From contig CAKOHK010000001.1 in the NCBI GenBank assembly GCA_934085595.1, positions 77,429 through 141,428 of the forward strand: a stretch of 64,000 nucleotides of DNA, in the 5' to 3' direction. The notes below the pieces were generated by a model. It was not told the DNA's origin, ran no database searches, and saw nothing but the letters and a program-made list of their open reading frames with translations. The translations under genes and the position numbers were made by a program. Source of the DNA: an uncultured Bacilli bacterium. GTDB taxonomy: Bacteria; Bacillota_I; Bacilli_A; RF39; UBA660. Of the stretch, positions 49,748 through 58,187 are shown piece by piece. Each line of letters opens with the position of its first letter. The stretch's first letter is position 1.

Positions 49748-51463
49748 TTACTCAATCACAAAAGGATTACCACTAGTTCCATCACCGCTTACATATTTTA
49801 TATTAGGACTAAGATATATCGAAGGACATAAACCAGCTGTAGAACTTTTAATTACAAGACCATTTATCAAATTACCGACATTATTTACGTATAATGCACC
49901 AAGTTTATCCACGGAAACAGGTGTTACACTCCAGTATCGTAATCCACTAAATAACCAATTAGTACTTGTGCATGTAGAATCAGAATAACCATTTCCCAAA
50001 ACTCCACTATTATAACATGTACTACTTGCATACAAATAATCGCTTGGATACATTAATGCTACTTTTCCATCCCATATTTGACTATTACCATTATGTACAC
50101 TTGTGCTTCTTTCTTGTACATATAAATCTTTTGCACTTTTATTGTTATCTCCATTTCCTAGATACCATTTTGTTGTGCTTATTTGGCTTTTTGCTTCAAT
50201 AGTTAATCCATTACTTAAATACGTACCGGTTCTGTTATAATAATCACCAGAATTTAATGTTGTCATTAACGTTGATGTAGTCCAATCGTTGTCGCCTTCA
50301 CTACCATTTTCATTCCAAGCTATATTTGTTTCAATACTATCTCTAATTATCTTTACTTTATTTTCTTTTGTATATATTCCATTCCCGTTAGGTGTTTCAA
50401 CTTCAAATACGCCTATTATTCTCCAAACATTATCTTCCCCATTAAATGTTATATAGTTATTTGGAGTTTTACCTTGATATCTATAGTCTACTGTTTCATA
50501 ATTTTGATTACCAGTTAGGGCTTGATTGATTTTAATTACATTTAAACTTTCATAATTATCAATTATATAATCTGACAATTTATAATCTAAATTAATATTG
50601 GATATCTTTTGATTATCAACAATAACATCAAGCCGTATATTTTTACTTATCGGTTTAACACTATAAGATTCATCAGATTTAATTATCTCGTTTTCTCCAT
50701 TAAAAAGTTTTATTTGAGTAGTAGTAATATCGTCATTATTGTCAACTGTTAAAGTATGATTACCAAGTTCTACATCATTAAATATTACTGTACCATTTTC
50801 ATCTGTTGTTCCAGTCATTGGTGTTGAATGTAATGTTACCTTGCTATTTGGAATAACAGTTCCATCAGTGTTTTTAACATTAAGTGTAAGATTATATGTA
50901 TTATATGCTTCAACAAGTCCTAAAACTCCGTAGAACTTTTTACCTTGATTATAGTTTTGTGCTTTATCATCATAATTTATAAACTCTATAGTTACCATAT
51001 AGGTATGAGTTTCTCCTGGTAATATTAGTGCTGCTTCTTTATATGGATACAATATCTTGCCAGATTCTCTGGTTACCTCTGCCGTTTGCGGAATAACAAC
51101 ATTATCTGTGTTATCACACGTACCACCTGTAACTCCACTACTTGTGCATGTACTTCTGATTACTAGTTCTTCTTTTTGAATCTCATTATATAATTTTTGC
51201 CATCCTAAAGCATAATATGCTTCTTCATTACCAGTATTTTCTACAGTAATTGTTTTAGTAGTAGTCCAGTTAGGCTCAATACTATCTACTTTAATTTCAT
51301 TTCCATCAGTATAAATTAATTCAAGTTTAGTAGTACTTACATTAATAGTTTCTGCTACATCATTACCACTTACTACTAAGCTAAAATATGCATAAGTAAT
51401 TCCAGTAATTATTAAAAACACACTTGTAAGTATTACTGCTAATAATATTCTTTTATCTTTCAT
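49748..51463 (-). CDS. Secreted hypervariable protein, paralogue 4 (TasA-like N-domain + inserted CnaB/CarboxypepD_reg-like domain + C-terminal domain with variable repeat)
   Basis: 571 aa. An extra ~115-aa segment NVKNTDGTVIPNSKVTLHSTPMTGTTDENGTVIFNDVELGNHTLTV shows the TDENG...G.YTL pattern of Cna-B/carboxypeptidase-regulatory-like domains. The variable block is ~49811-49935 (…VDKLGALYVNNVGNLINGLVIKSSTAGLCPSIYL). The promoter TTGAAA-N17-TATACT lies at 51490-51518. Confidence 0.8.
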   Translation of the reverse strand: MKDKRILLAVILTSVFLIITGITYAYFSLVVSGNDVAETINVSTTKLELIYTDGNEIKVDSIEPNWTTTKTITVENTGNEEAYYALGWQKLYNEIQKEELVIRSTCTSSGVTGGTCDNTDNVVIPQTAEVTRESGKILYPYKEAALILPGETHTYMVTIEFINYDDKAQNYNQGKKFYGVLGLVEAYNTYNLTLNVKNTDGTVIPNSKVTLHSTPMTGTTDENGTVIFNDVELGNHTLTVDNNDDITTTQIKLFNGENEIIKSDESYSVKPISKNIRLDVIVDNQKISNINLDYKLSDYIIDNYESLNVIKINQALTGNQNYETVDYRYQGKTPNNYITFNGEDNVWRIIGVFEVETPNGNGIYTKENKVKIIRDSIETNIAWNENGSEGDNDWTTSTLMTTLNSGDYYNRTGTYLSNGLTIEAKSQISTTKWYLGNGDNNKSAKDLYVQERSTSVHNGNSQIWDGKVALMYPSDYLYASSTCYNSGVLGNGYSDSTCTSTNWLFSGLRYWSVTPVSVDKLGALYVNNVGNLINGLVIKSSTAGLCPSIYLSPNIKYVSGDGTSGNPFVIE

Positions 51464-51542
51464 TCTATGTACTCCTATTCTCTATTAATAGTATACTTTA
51501 ATTAAATCTATATTTCAATATCAAAAAAAGCTAAGCATAATA

Positions 51543-51797
51543 AAAAAATGAACATAAGTTCATTAATTATTGTATCACAAATGGATTATCAGTAGTCCCA
51601 TCACCACTTATATAATTTATGTTAGTGTCCAAGTAAACGGAGGTACGCACACCGCCAGAGCTGTTGTTCGTATTATTGTTGTTCACATTACCGTTGTTGT
51701 TCACATTCATCGCATTGTTCGAATTGTTAGAACTAGGCGACACGGCCCAAAATACAAGACTTGCTAAGGGGCTAACCCTATTAAAGGCAAATGCCAT
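51543..51797 (-). other. Putative DGR template repeat (TR): non-genic, Asn(AAC/AAT)-rich copy of the family's 3' end including terminator
   Basis: Homology to the target 3' ends starts at FWAVSP (~51762) and runs through the stop (51567) and the ATGAAC/GTTCAT terminator (51543-51563). The TR encodes WAVSPSSNNSNNAMNVNNNGNVNNNNTNNSSGGVRTSVYLDTNINYISGDGTTDNPFVIQ, with 15 Asn among the 40 variable-block codons. The preceding 15 codons are not homologous and there is no RBS or promoter of its own. Confidence 0.6.
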
Positions 51798-51829
51798 TTA
51801 ACCATTGTTTGTTAATATTTAATAACTTG

Positions 51830-51859
51830 GTGCCCGCACAGTTCCACCGTGCAGGGCAC
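51830..51859. promoter_or_regulatory. GC-rich nested hairpin between target 5 stop and TR (no U-tract)
   Basis: The sequence is GTGCCC-GCAC-AGTTCCACC-GTGC-A-GGGCAC. It is about 68% GC in a ~25% GC genome. It lies 17 bp downstream of the paralogue-5 stop (51876) and 33 bp upstream of the TR-like copy. Confidence 0.6.
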
Positions 51860-51875
51860 TTTACATTTTCTCTTT

Positions 51876-53393
51876 TTATTCTATCTCAAACGCCTTTTCT
51901 GTAGTACCATCTCCTCCTATGTACTTTACGCTGGAATCAAGATATACGGACTGGCGCAAGCCGTTGCCGCTGTAGTACGTAACACTGTTGCCCACAAGAC
52001 CGTCGCTGTTCACAACCATCGCACGGCCCGAACCGGTAGAACTAGGCGACACGGTCCAAAACAAATTATTTGTATCTAATAACCAGTTAGTACTAGTACA
52101 AGTTTCACTTCTATAATCCGTATTATATGGTGAAGAACCATTAGAGTCATACGCTTTTTTAGTATCGTCATTATAACATGCACTACTTGCATACATATAA
52201 TCACTCGGATATATTAATGCTACTTTCCCATCCCATGTTTGTTTATTTCCACTATGTACACTAGTACTTCTTTCTTGAGTATATATTTCTTTTGTAGTTC
52301 CATATCCAACATTACTTGTCCACACTACATTTCCTAAGTACCATTTTGTACTACTTATCTGATTTTTTGCATTATCTGTTAAACCGTTGCTTTCATAATT
52401 ACATATCGCTGTTTCGCTTGTTGTAGTATCATATCCAGTTGAACAAGCAAGCTGTGTATAGCCAGAAGTCCTATTATAGTATGGTCCGGTATTTAACATT
52501 GTCATTAAAGTTGATGTTGTCCAGTCATTGTAATAATTTAATGAACCCTTACGATCCCATGCTACTCCTCCTATTTTATCTCTTACTATCTTTACTTTAT
52601 TTTCTTTTGTATATGTTCCGTCACTTTGTGGTGTTTCCACTTCGAATACTCCGATTATTCTCCATACATTTTGTTCTCCATTAAATGTTATATAGTTATT
52701 TGGAGTTTTACCTTGATATCTATATTCTATAGTGTTATAGTTTTGGTTACTTGTCGCTGTTTGTTCTATTTCTGTTAAACCTAATGTACTATAATTATCT
52801 ATTAAATAGTTTGCAAGAGTTGGTAATTTCTTAGTGCTTTCTGCTGCTCCAAGAACTCCGTAGAACCTTTTGCCTTGATTATAGTTTTGATGTTTATCAG
52901 TGTAATTTATAAACTCTATAGTTATCGTATAAGTATGAGTTTCTCCTGGTAATATTAATACATTTTCTTTATATGGATATAATACTTTATTTGCTGTAGC
53001 ATTCACTTCTGATGTTTGAGGGATAATTACATTATCAGTACTATCACATGTTCCTTCTGTTACTCCACTACTTATGCATGTACTTCTTATAACAAGCTCA
53101 TCTTTTTGAATCTCATTATATAGTTTCTGCCATCCTAAAGCATAATATGCTTCTTCATTACCTGTGTTTTCTACTGTAATAGTTTTAGTAGTTGTCCAAC
53201 TCGGCTCTATGCCATTTGCTTTAATTTCTTTTCCGTCTGTGTACTTTAGTTCTATTTTAGTAGTACTTACATTTATAGTTTCCGCTACATCGTTACCACT
53301 TACTACTAAACTAAAGTATGCATAAGTAACTCCAGTAATTATTAAAAATACACTTGTAAGTATTACTGCTAATAATATTCTTTTATCTTTCAT
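51876..53393 (-). CDS. Secreted hypervariable protein, paralogue 5 (TasA-like N-domain + C-terminal domain with variable repeat)
   Basis: 505 aa. Variable block ~51939-52060 (…SPSSTGSGRAMVVNSDGLVGNSVTYYSGNGLRQSVYL). Promoter TTGACA-N18-TATAAT at 53421-53450. The RBS AGGAG precedes ATG 53393. Confidence 0.8.
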   Translation of the reverse strand: MKDKRILLAVILTSVFLIITGVTYAYFSLVVSGNDVAETINVSTTKIELKYTDGKEIKANGIEPSWTTTKTITVENTGNEEAYYALGWQKLYNEIQKDELVIRSTCISSGVTEGTCDSTDNVIIPQTSEVNATANKVLYPYKENVLILPGETHTYTITIEFINYTDKHQNYNQGKRFYGVLGAAESTKKLPTLANYLIDNYSTLGLTEIEQTATSNQNYNTIEYRYQGKTPNNYITFNGEQNVWRIIGVFEVETPQSDGTYTKENKVKIVRDKIGGVAWDRKGSLNYYNDWTTSTLMTMLNTGPYYNRTSGYTQLACSTGYDTTTSETAICNYESNGLTDNAKNQISSTKWYLGNVVWTSNVGYGTTKEIYTQERSTSVHSGNKQTWDGKVALIYPSDYMYASSACYNDDTKKAYDSNGSSPYNTDYRSETCTSTNWLLDTNNLFWTVSPSSTGSGRAMVVNSDGLVGNSVTYYSGNGLRQSVYLDSSVKYIGGDGTTEKAFEIE

Positions 53394-53571
53394 TCTATGT
53401 ACTCCTATTCTCTATTAATAATTATAAAGCAGCCTCCTCTCTCATGTCAACATTCAAACATTCATTTGCTTTAAACGCTTCGAATTTTTGCAAATTATTT
53501 TGTACTTAATTCTTGTATCTCTATTTTCAATTTACCAAAAGTGTGTAAATACACAAAAAAAGTAAATGGAA

Positions 53572-53790
53572 TTATTTTATATCCATAAACTTACTTATTA
53601 AATCAATACTGTCAACTACATTATCTACTTTATCAATAACCCTAAGTTTATATTTTTCTTTCATTTCTTTTTTAAAAGTATCATAATACTTATAATCTCT
53701 ATTAAGTTCTTTATAATAATTAGAGTTTTCTCTTAAAAATAATCTATATTTTTCTTCACTAATTAGTTTATCAAGAACACTTCTATTCAT
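53572..53790 (-). CDS. YlbE-like small protein
   Basis: 72 aa. LFLRENSNYYKELNRDYKYY resembles the Bacillus YlbE family. It overlaps the preceding YlbD-like gene. Confidence 0.5.
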   Translation of the reverse strand: MNRSVLDKLISEEKYRLFLRENSNYYKELNRDYKYYDTFKKEMKEKYKLRVIDKVDNVVDSIDLISKFMDIK

Positions 53791-54124
53791 TATATATATC
53801 CTCTATTATTTCTCTTTTAGGAACTACTTTCTTCTCTTTTTCTTCTTCCTTAGTAAACTCTTCTACTAACCCAACAGCTTTTTGTATAGAATTAATATTT
53901 TCTTCAAGTGAATCTAAATTAATATTTTTAAGAGTATTTAAAATACCTTTAAAATTAATACTTTTTTCACTACTAGTTAAATATTTATCCCAAATACTAT
54001 TATTTTCTCCATAAATATCATAAAGTTCATATAATTCCTGAAAAGAAGCATCATTATTTCTTACATAATCTACAAACTCAGGATGTTTTGAAACAAACTT
54101 TTTAAAATCATCTTTCTTACTCAT
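53783..54124 (-). CDS. YlbD-like protein (putative coat protein family)
   Basis: 113 aa. FKKFVSKHPEFVDYVRNNDASFQELYELYDIYGENNSIWDKY parallels the B. subtilis YlbD N-terminus. Confidence 0.5.
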   Translation of the reverse strand: MSKKDDFKKFVSKHPEFVDYVRNNDASFQELYELYDIYGENNSIWDKYLTSSEKSINFKGILNTLKNINLDSLEENINSIQKAVGLVEEFTKEEEKEKKVVPKREIIEDIYNE

Positions 54125-54154
54125 ATTAAATATTATGAAAAAAGAGTAAATTAA

Positions 54155-54823
54155 TTACTCTTTAATTTCAAAATAATTACCGCTATCTAAATATAGTATT
54201 CCTTTATTATTATCTAGTTTACGTACTATATCTACATATTTATTCATATTTTCAAGTTTAGATATATTTATATAAACATTATTATAATCATTCATATAAA
54301 ATAAGAATCTCTCTTCATCATAGCTTGTCTTACTATATTCTATTTCACTTATTTTACTTATTATATCAAAGTCTAGTTTACTAAACTTATTTGTAAACTT
54401 AGTAAGTATATTACTTGGTACATAATTTATTAATGTAGGAACTTCATATGGAACATTTATATTTCTATATATATTATCACCACACATATATTCATTTGTT
54501 TCTTTTGACTTAAATAAAACTTTCTTTTCTTTAACATCTACTTCTAAAACAAATCCATATTTCTTACGTATCTTAGCACTTTCTATAAGTTCTAACTTCT
54601 TTAGTTTATTTACTCCACTACTTCTATTATATAATATAAATCTAGGATAATCCTCTATTCCTAAAGTCTCTATTATCTCTTCATCACTATAATATTTATT
54701 ATTTAATATAACTATATTTTTAATTCTAATACTAAATAAATAAGTAGATAAATAATAAAGTAAATATAATATAAGTAAAAATATAATAAACTTTAGCAAA
54801 TTAAACTTCTTTTTCCTTTTCAT
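54155..54823 (-). CDS. divIB: Cell division protein DivIB/FtsQ (POTRA-containing)
   Basis: 222 aa with an N-terminal TM helix and POTRA/FtsQ-like domains. Its start overlaps the murG stop. Confidence 0.7.
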   Translation of the reverse strand: MKRKKKFNLLKFIIFLLILYLLYYLSTYLFSIRIKNIVILNNKYYSDEEIIETLGIEDYPRFILYNRSSGVNKLKKLELIESAKIRKKYGFVLEVDVKEKKVLFKSKETNEYMCGDNIYRNINVPYEVPTLINYVPSNILTKFTNKFSKLDFDIISKISEIEYSKTSYDEERFLFYMNDYNNVYINISKLENMNKYVDIVRKLDNNKGILYLDSGNYFEIKE

Positions 54824-55901
54824 TCTTTCCTTTTATTCTTTTATTAACTTCTTCCATTATTATACTAGAAGAGGCTCTATCTTTTATTTCTTTTAAATTA
54901 TTTTTATACATTTCATATTTTTTAGGGTCGAATATTTTATTTATCGCATCCACTAGATTCTTTTCATTTAAATCTTTTTCTTCAAGCATAACTGCTACAT
55001 TCTTATTTACTAGTTCAAGAGCATTATAATATTGATGATTATTCGCAACATATGGACTAGGCACTAGTATTGAAGGTATTTTTGTTGCTACTATTTCTGC
55101 TATTGTAGATGCTCCTGCTCTTGATATTATTAAATCAGCGCTTTTCATTAAACTAGGTAAATTATCAAAGAAAGGTACTAAATGTGTTGATGATGGAACT
55201 ATTAAATTATTATCTAAATCTTTAAAATTATTTTTACCAGTTATAAATAATATTTCTACATCTTCCTTATGATAATTTCTTAAGAAATCTAATATTTTTT
55301 CATTAACACTACTACTTCCAAGAGAACCCATAACTATAATAATTAGTTTCTTTTCTTTATTAAATCCAAGTTTAGTCTTATCATATTTTTTACATAAACT
55401 TGCTCTTTGACTTACAGGATTTCCAGTATATATAATATCTTTACATTTCAGTTTTTCGTTTCCTTTATCAAATGAAGTAAACACTGCTGTTGCTTTTTTA
55501 GATAAGAATATATTTGTTTTACCAGGTAACATATTTTGTTCATGTAAGAACATAGGAATACCTCTTTTATGAGCTGCAAGACATACAGGTAAAGTTACAT
55601 ATCCACCAAAAGCAATAACTGCATCAGGTTTAAACTCATCCATTATCTTAAGAGCTTTCTTATAAGAATCTTTAATATATTTAATATTCTTAATATTTCT
55701 TATCATATCACTCTTAGAAAGACCATAAATAGTAAGTCCTTCATATGGTATACCCATAGATGGTATTAAATCTGCTTCCATCCTATTAGTTGTACCAATA
55801 TATAGGTATTTATTATTTTTATCTTTCTTTATTTCCTCTAATATTGCTAGTGCAGGATAAATATGTCCACCAGTTCCACCAGCCGTTAATATATATTTCA
55901 T
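54801..55901 (-). CDS. murG: UDP-N-acetylglucosamine--N-acetylmuramyl-(pentapeptide) pyrophosphoryl-undecaprenol GlcNAc transferase MurG
   Basis: 366 aa. The N-terminus ILTAGGTGGHIYPALAIL and a GT28 C-terminal domain are present. Confidence 0.9.
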   Translation of the reverse strand: MKYILTAGGTGGHIYPALAILEEIKKDKNNKYLYIGTTNRMEADLIPSMGIPYEGLTIYGLSKSDMIRNIKNIKYIKDSYKKALKIMDEFKPDAVIAFGGYVTLPVCLAAHKRGIPMFLHEQNMLPGKTNIFLSKKATAVFTSFDKGNEKLKCKDIIYTGNPVSQRASLCKKYDKTKLGFNKEKKLIIIVMGSLGSSSVNEKILDFLRNYHKEDVEILFITGKNNFKDLDNNLIVPSSTHLVPFFDNLPSLMKSADLIISRAGASTIAEIVATKIPSILVPSPYVANNHQYYNALELVNKNVAVMLEEKDLNEKNLVDAINKIFDPKKYEMYKNNLKEIKDRASSSIIMEEVNKRIKGKNEKEKEV

Positions 55902-55930
55902 ATATACTTCCTTTCTGTCATTATTATATA

Positions 55931-56533
55931 CTATTTTTCCATTAATTCCAATATTTTATTTCTAAGTAATGTATTTGCCTCACTAAGTTCCATATCATTT
56001 ATATAAAATGCTTTACCTATATGAGTAGTAATACCACTTCCATCATATCTACCACTAATACCAAACGGAATAATAGGTACATTCATTTTTTTAGCTAAAG
56101 AAACAGCCCCATATTTAAAATCTAAAAGTTTAACTTCATCTTTAGTACCAATGGTTTTATTACGTGTCCCCTCAGGAAATATCCCAAGAGCTTTACCACT
56201 TTTAAGAATACTTATAGCCTCACTCTTAGCATTCTCATCATGAATACTTCTATCAACTCTAATACATCCAGCAAATCTATAAAACCAAGCAGTCTTTTTA
56301 TTATCAAAATATTCTTCTTTAGCCATATAATGTATAACTCTATTAGTAACCATCATAACATTATATTGATCATCCTTATGTATATGGTTTCCACATATTA
56401 TAAATGCCCCATCACGAGGTATATTTTCCCTACCATATACTTTAGGATGATATTTAAGTTTGAACTTTAAAAGTACAAAAGGTTTCATTAATCTGTATCC
56501 AAACTCGCTTCCAGGTTTAATCATCTTCTTCAT
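55931..56533 (-). CDS. 1-acyl-sn-glycerol-3-phosphate acyltransferase family protein (PlsC-like)
   Basis: 200 aa. The HxxxxD motif (CGNHIHKDD) and the FPEGTRN motif are present. Confidence 0.75.
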   Translation of the reverse strand: MKKMIKPGSEFGYRLMKPFVLLKFKLKYHPKVYGRENIPRDGAFIICGNHIHKDDQYNVMMVTNRVIHYMAKEEYFDNKKTAWFYRFAGCIRVDRSIHDENAKSEAISILKSGKALGIFPEGTRNKTIGTKDEVKLLDFKYGAVSLAKKMNVPIIPFGISGRYDGSGITTHIGKAFYINDMELSEANTLLRNKILELMEK

Positions 56534-58187
56534 CCTTTAAATCATTATACGCTATTTTACCTACTTTAGTTTTAGGAAGTACTTTTCTATATCCATAAGC
56601 ATAAGGTAAAGCATAAGTAGGTATATTTTTTTCACATAAAGCTTTAATACTCTTTTTAACTTCACTAGTAAGTTCTACTCCATCCTTAAGAACTATATAT
56701 GCTTTAGCGACCTCTTTTTTATATGGATGAGGCATCCCTACAACAGCACATTCACGTACATAAGGGCTTTTCATAATAACTTCTTCTATAACACTAGGAT
56801 AAACATTATATCCACTAGAAACTATCATTCTTTTAATTCTACTTTTAAAATATACAAATCCCTCTTTATCCATACATCCAAGATCACCTGTATGAAGCCA
56901 TAATCTTCCATCACTATGTTTTTTTAGTATGTTTTTAGTTTCTTCTTTTTCATTATAATACTCCTTCATAACACAAGGTCCACTTACGCATATTTCTCCA
57001 TCTTTAAGTATTTCTTCTTCCTTAGTAGTACCACTTTTGCATATCTTAATAAGTACTCCAGGAATAGGCACGCCAACACTTCCCTCCCTGCATGTTTCAA
57101 GAGGCATCATCGTAACCCCAGCAGTACATTCAGTAAGTCCATAAGCACATCTAACTTTAGCTATACTTCCTTTATCTTTCAAGAAATCATTAACTCTATT
57201 TAAAAGCGAATTACTAATGCTATCTCCCCCACAAACTACACACTTAATAAAATCAAGACTTTTATATTTTAGTTTCTTACTATAAGTAATACCTTCAAGT
57301 ATACTAGGTACACAAGCTATTACATTAGGTTTATTATTAATAAGAACTTCATCAAACTTCTTAGGATCAACACTAGGAAGTATAATAGCTCTAGCTCCAC
57401 TTACAAAACAAGCATGAAATGTACAACCAAGCCCAAATCCATGAAATATAGGCATAATCGCAAGTATACTAGTTCCATGAGCAAGCACTTTATTAATAGA
57501 TAGTTCACTTAAAATAAGACTATTAAAATTATTATTAGTTAATATAATACCCTTACTTTTACCAGTAGTACCTCCACTATATAATATAGCGGCCACATTC
57601 TCCCCATCACTAATGCTTTTAACTTCACCCTTTTGATAAAATTCTTTAAAAGAAATAACATTATCCCCATAAGGAGTAAGTATCTTAATCCCACGAGTAA
57701 AGAAATATCCAAACTTAGTAGAAACATCCATACTATCACTAACACTAGAATATATTATTTTATTAAGTTTTACATCATTAATAATATTTCTTACTTTTGG
57801 AAAAACCATATCAATCATTAAAAGATATTTACTTTTAGTATTATTAATATAATTCTTTATTTCTTCTTCACTACTCAAAGGATGTATTATATTAGCTTTA
57901 ACTCCTATTTTATTAAGTGCATAAAAACTAAGTATTGCCTCCGGTGTATTAGGCATACATATAGTAACTATATCATCCTTAGTAACTCCTATTTTAGTAA
58001 AAGAATATGCTATATTATCTATTTTCTTAAGCATTCTTTTATATGTAACATCATTTTTAAAATAAGAATATGCTATACTTCTAGGATACTTTTCACATGT
58101 CTTTTTAATCAAAGAATACATACTCTCATTTCCATAAGATATGTTTTTATCCATATCTATATAATATTTATCCCAACTATTTTCCAT
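56517..58187 (-). CDS. AMP-dependent synthetase/ligase (acyl-CoA synthetase-like)
   Basis: 556 aa. AMP-binding motif YSGGTTGKSKG and a C-terminal ligase domain are present. It lies between two PlsC-like genes, with overlapping starts and stops. Confidence 0.8.
   Translation of the reverse strand: MENSWDKYYIDMDKNISYGNESMYSLIKKTCEKYPRSIAYSYFKNDVTYKRMLKKIDNIAYSFTKIGVTKDDIVTICMPNTPEAILSFYALNKIGVKANIIHPLSSEEEIKNYINNTKSKYLLMIDMVFPKVRNIINDVKLNKIIYSSVSDSMDVSTKFGYFFTRGIKILTPYGDNVISFKEFYQKGEVKSISDGENVAAILYSGGTTGKSKGIILTNNNFNSLILSELSINKVLAHGTSILAIMPIFHGFGLGCTFHACFVSGARAIILPSVDPKKFDEVLINNKPNVIACVPSILEGITYSKKLKYKSLDFIKCVVCGGDSISNSLLNRVNDFLKDKGSIAKVRCAYGLTECTAGVTMMPLETCREGSVGVPIPGVLIKICKSGTTKEEEILKDGEICVSGPCVMKEYYNEKEETKNILKKHSDGRLWLHTGDLGCMDKEGFVYFKSRIKRMIVSSGYNVYPSVIEEVIMKSPYVRECAVVGMPHPYKKEVAKAYIVLKDGVELTSEVKKSIKALCEKNIPTYALPYAYGYRKVLPKTKVGKIAYNDLKDEEDD

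Noticed and set aside
51567-51797. 76-aa ORF treated as a small protein-coding gene
   Set aside because: It has no RBS or promoter and a non-homologous N-terminus. Its body is a copy of the family 3' end with Asn codons at all variable positions. It is better explained as a template repeat or pseudo-copy than as a gene.
51830-51859. GC-rich hairpin considered as an intrinsic terminator for paralogue 5
   Set aside because: No U-tract follows it on the transcribed (minus) strand. The genuine family terminator (ATGAAC/GTTCAT + T6) is present only further downstream, after the TR.
53572-54124. Two small overlapping ORFs next to the TR/target cluster considered as a DGR accessory variability determinant (Avd)
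   Set aside because: Their sequences resemble Bacillus YlbD (FKKFVSKHPEFV...SFQELYELY) and YlbE (LFLRENSNYYKEL). They sit in the expected dcw-region context downstream of divIB. They are not the four-helix-bundle basic Avd type.
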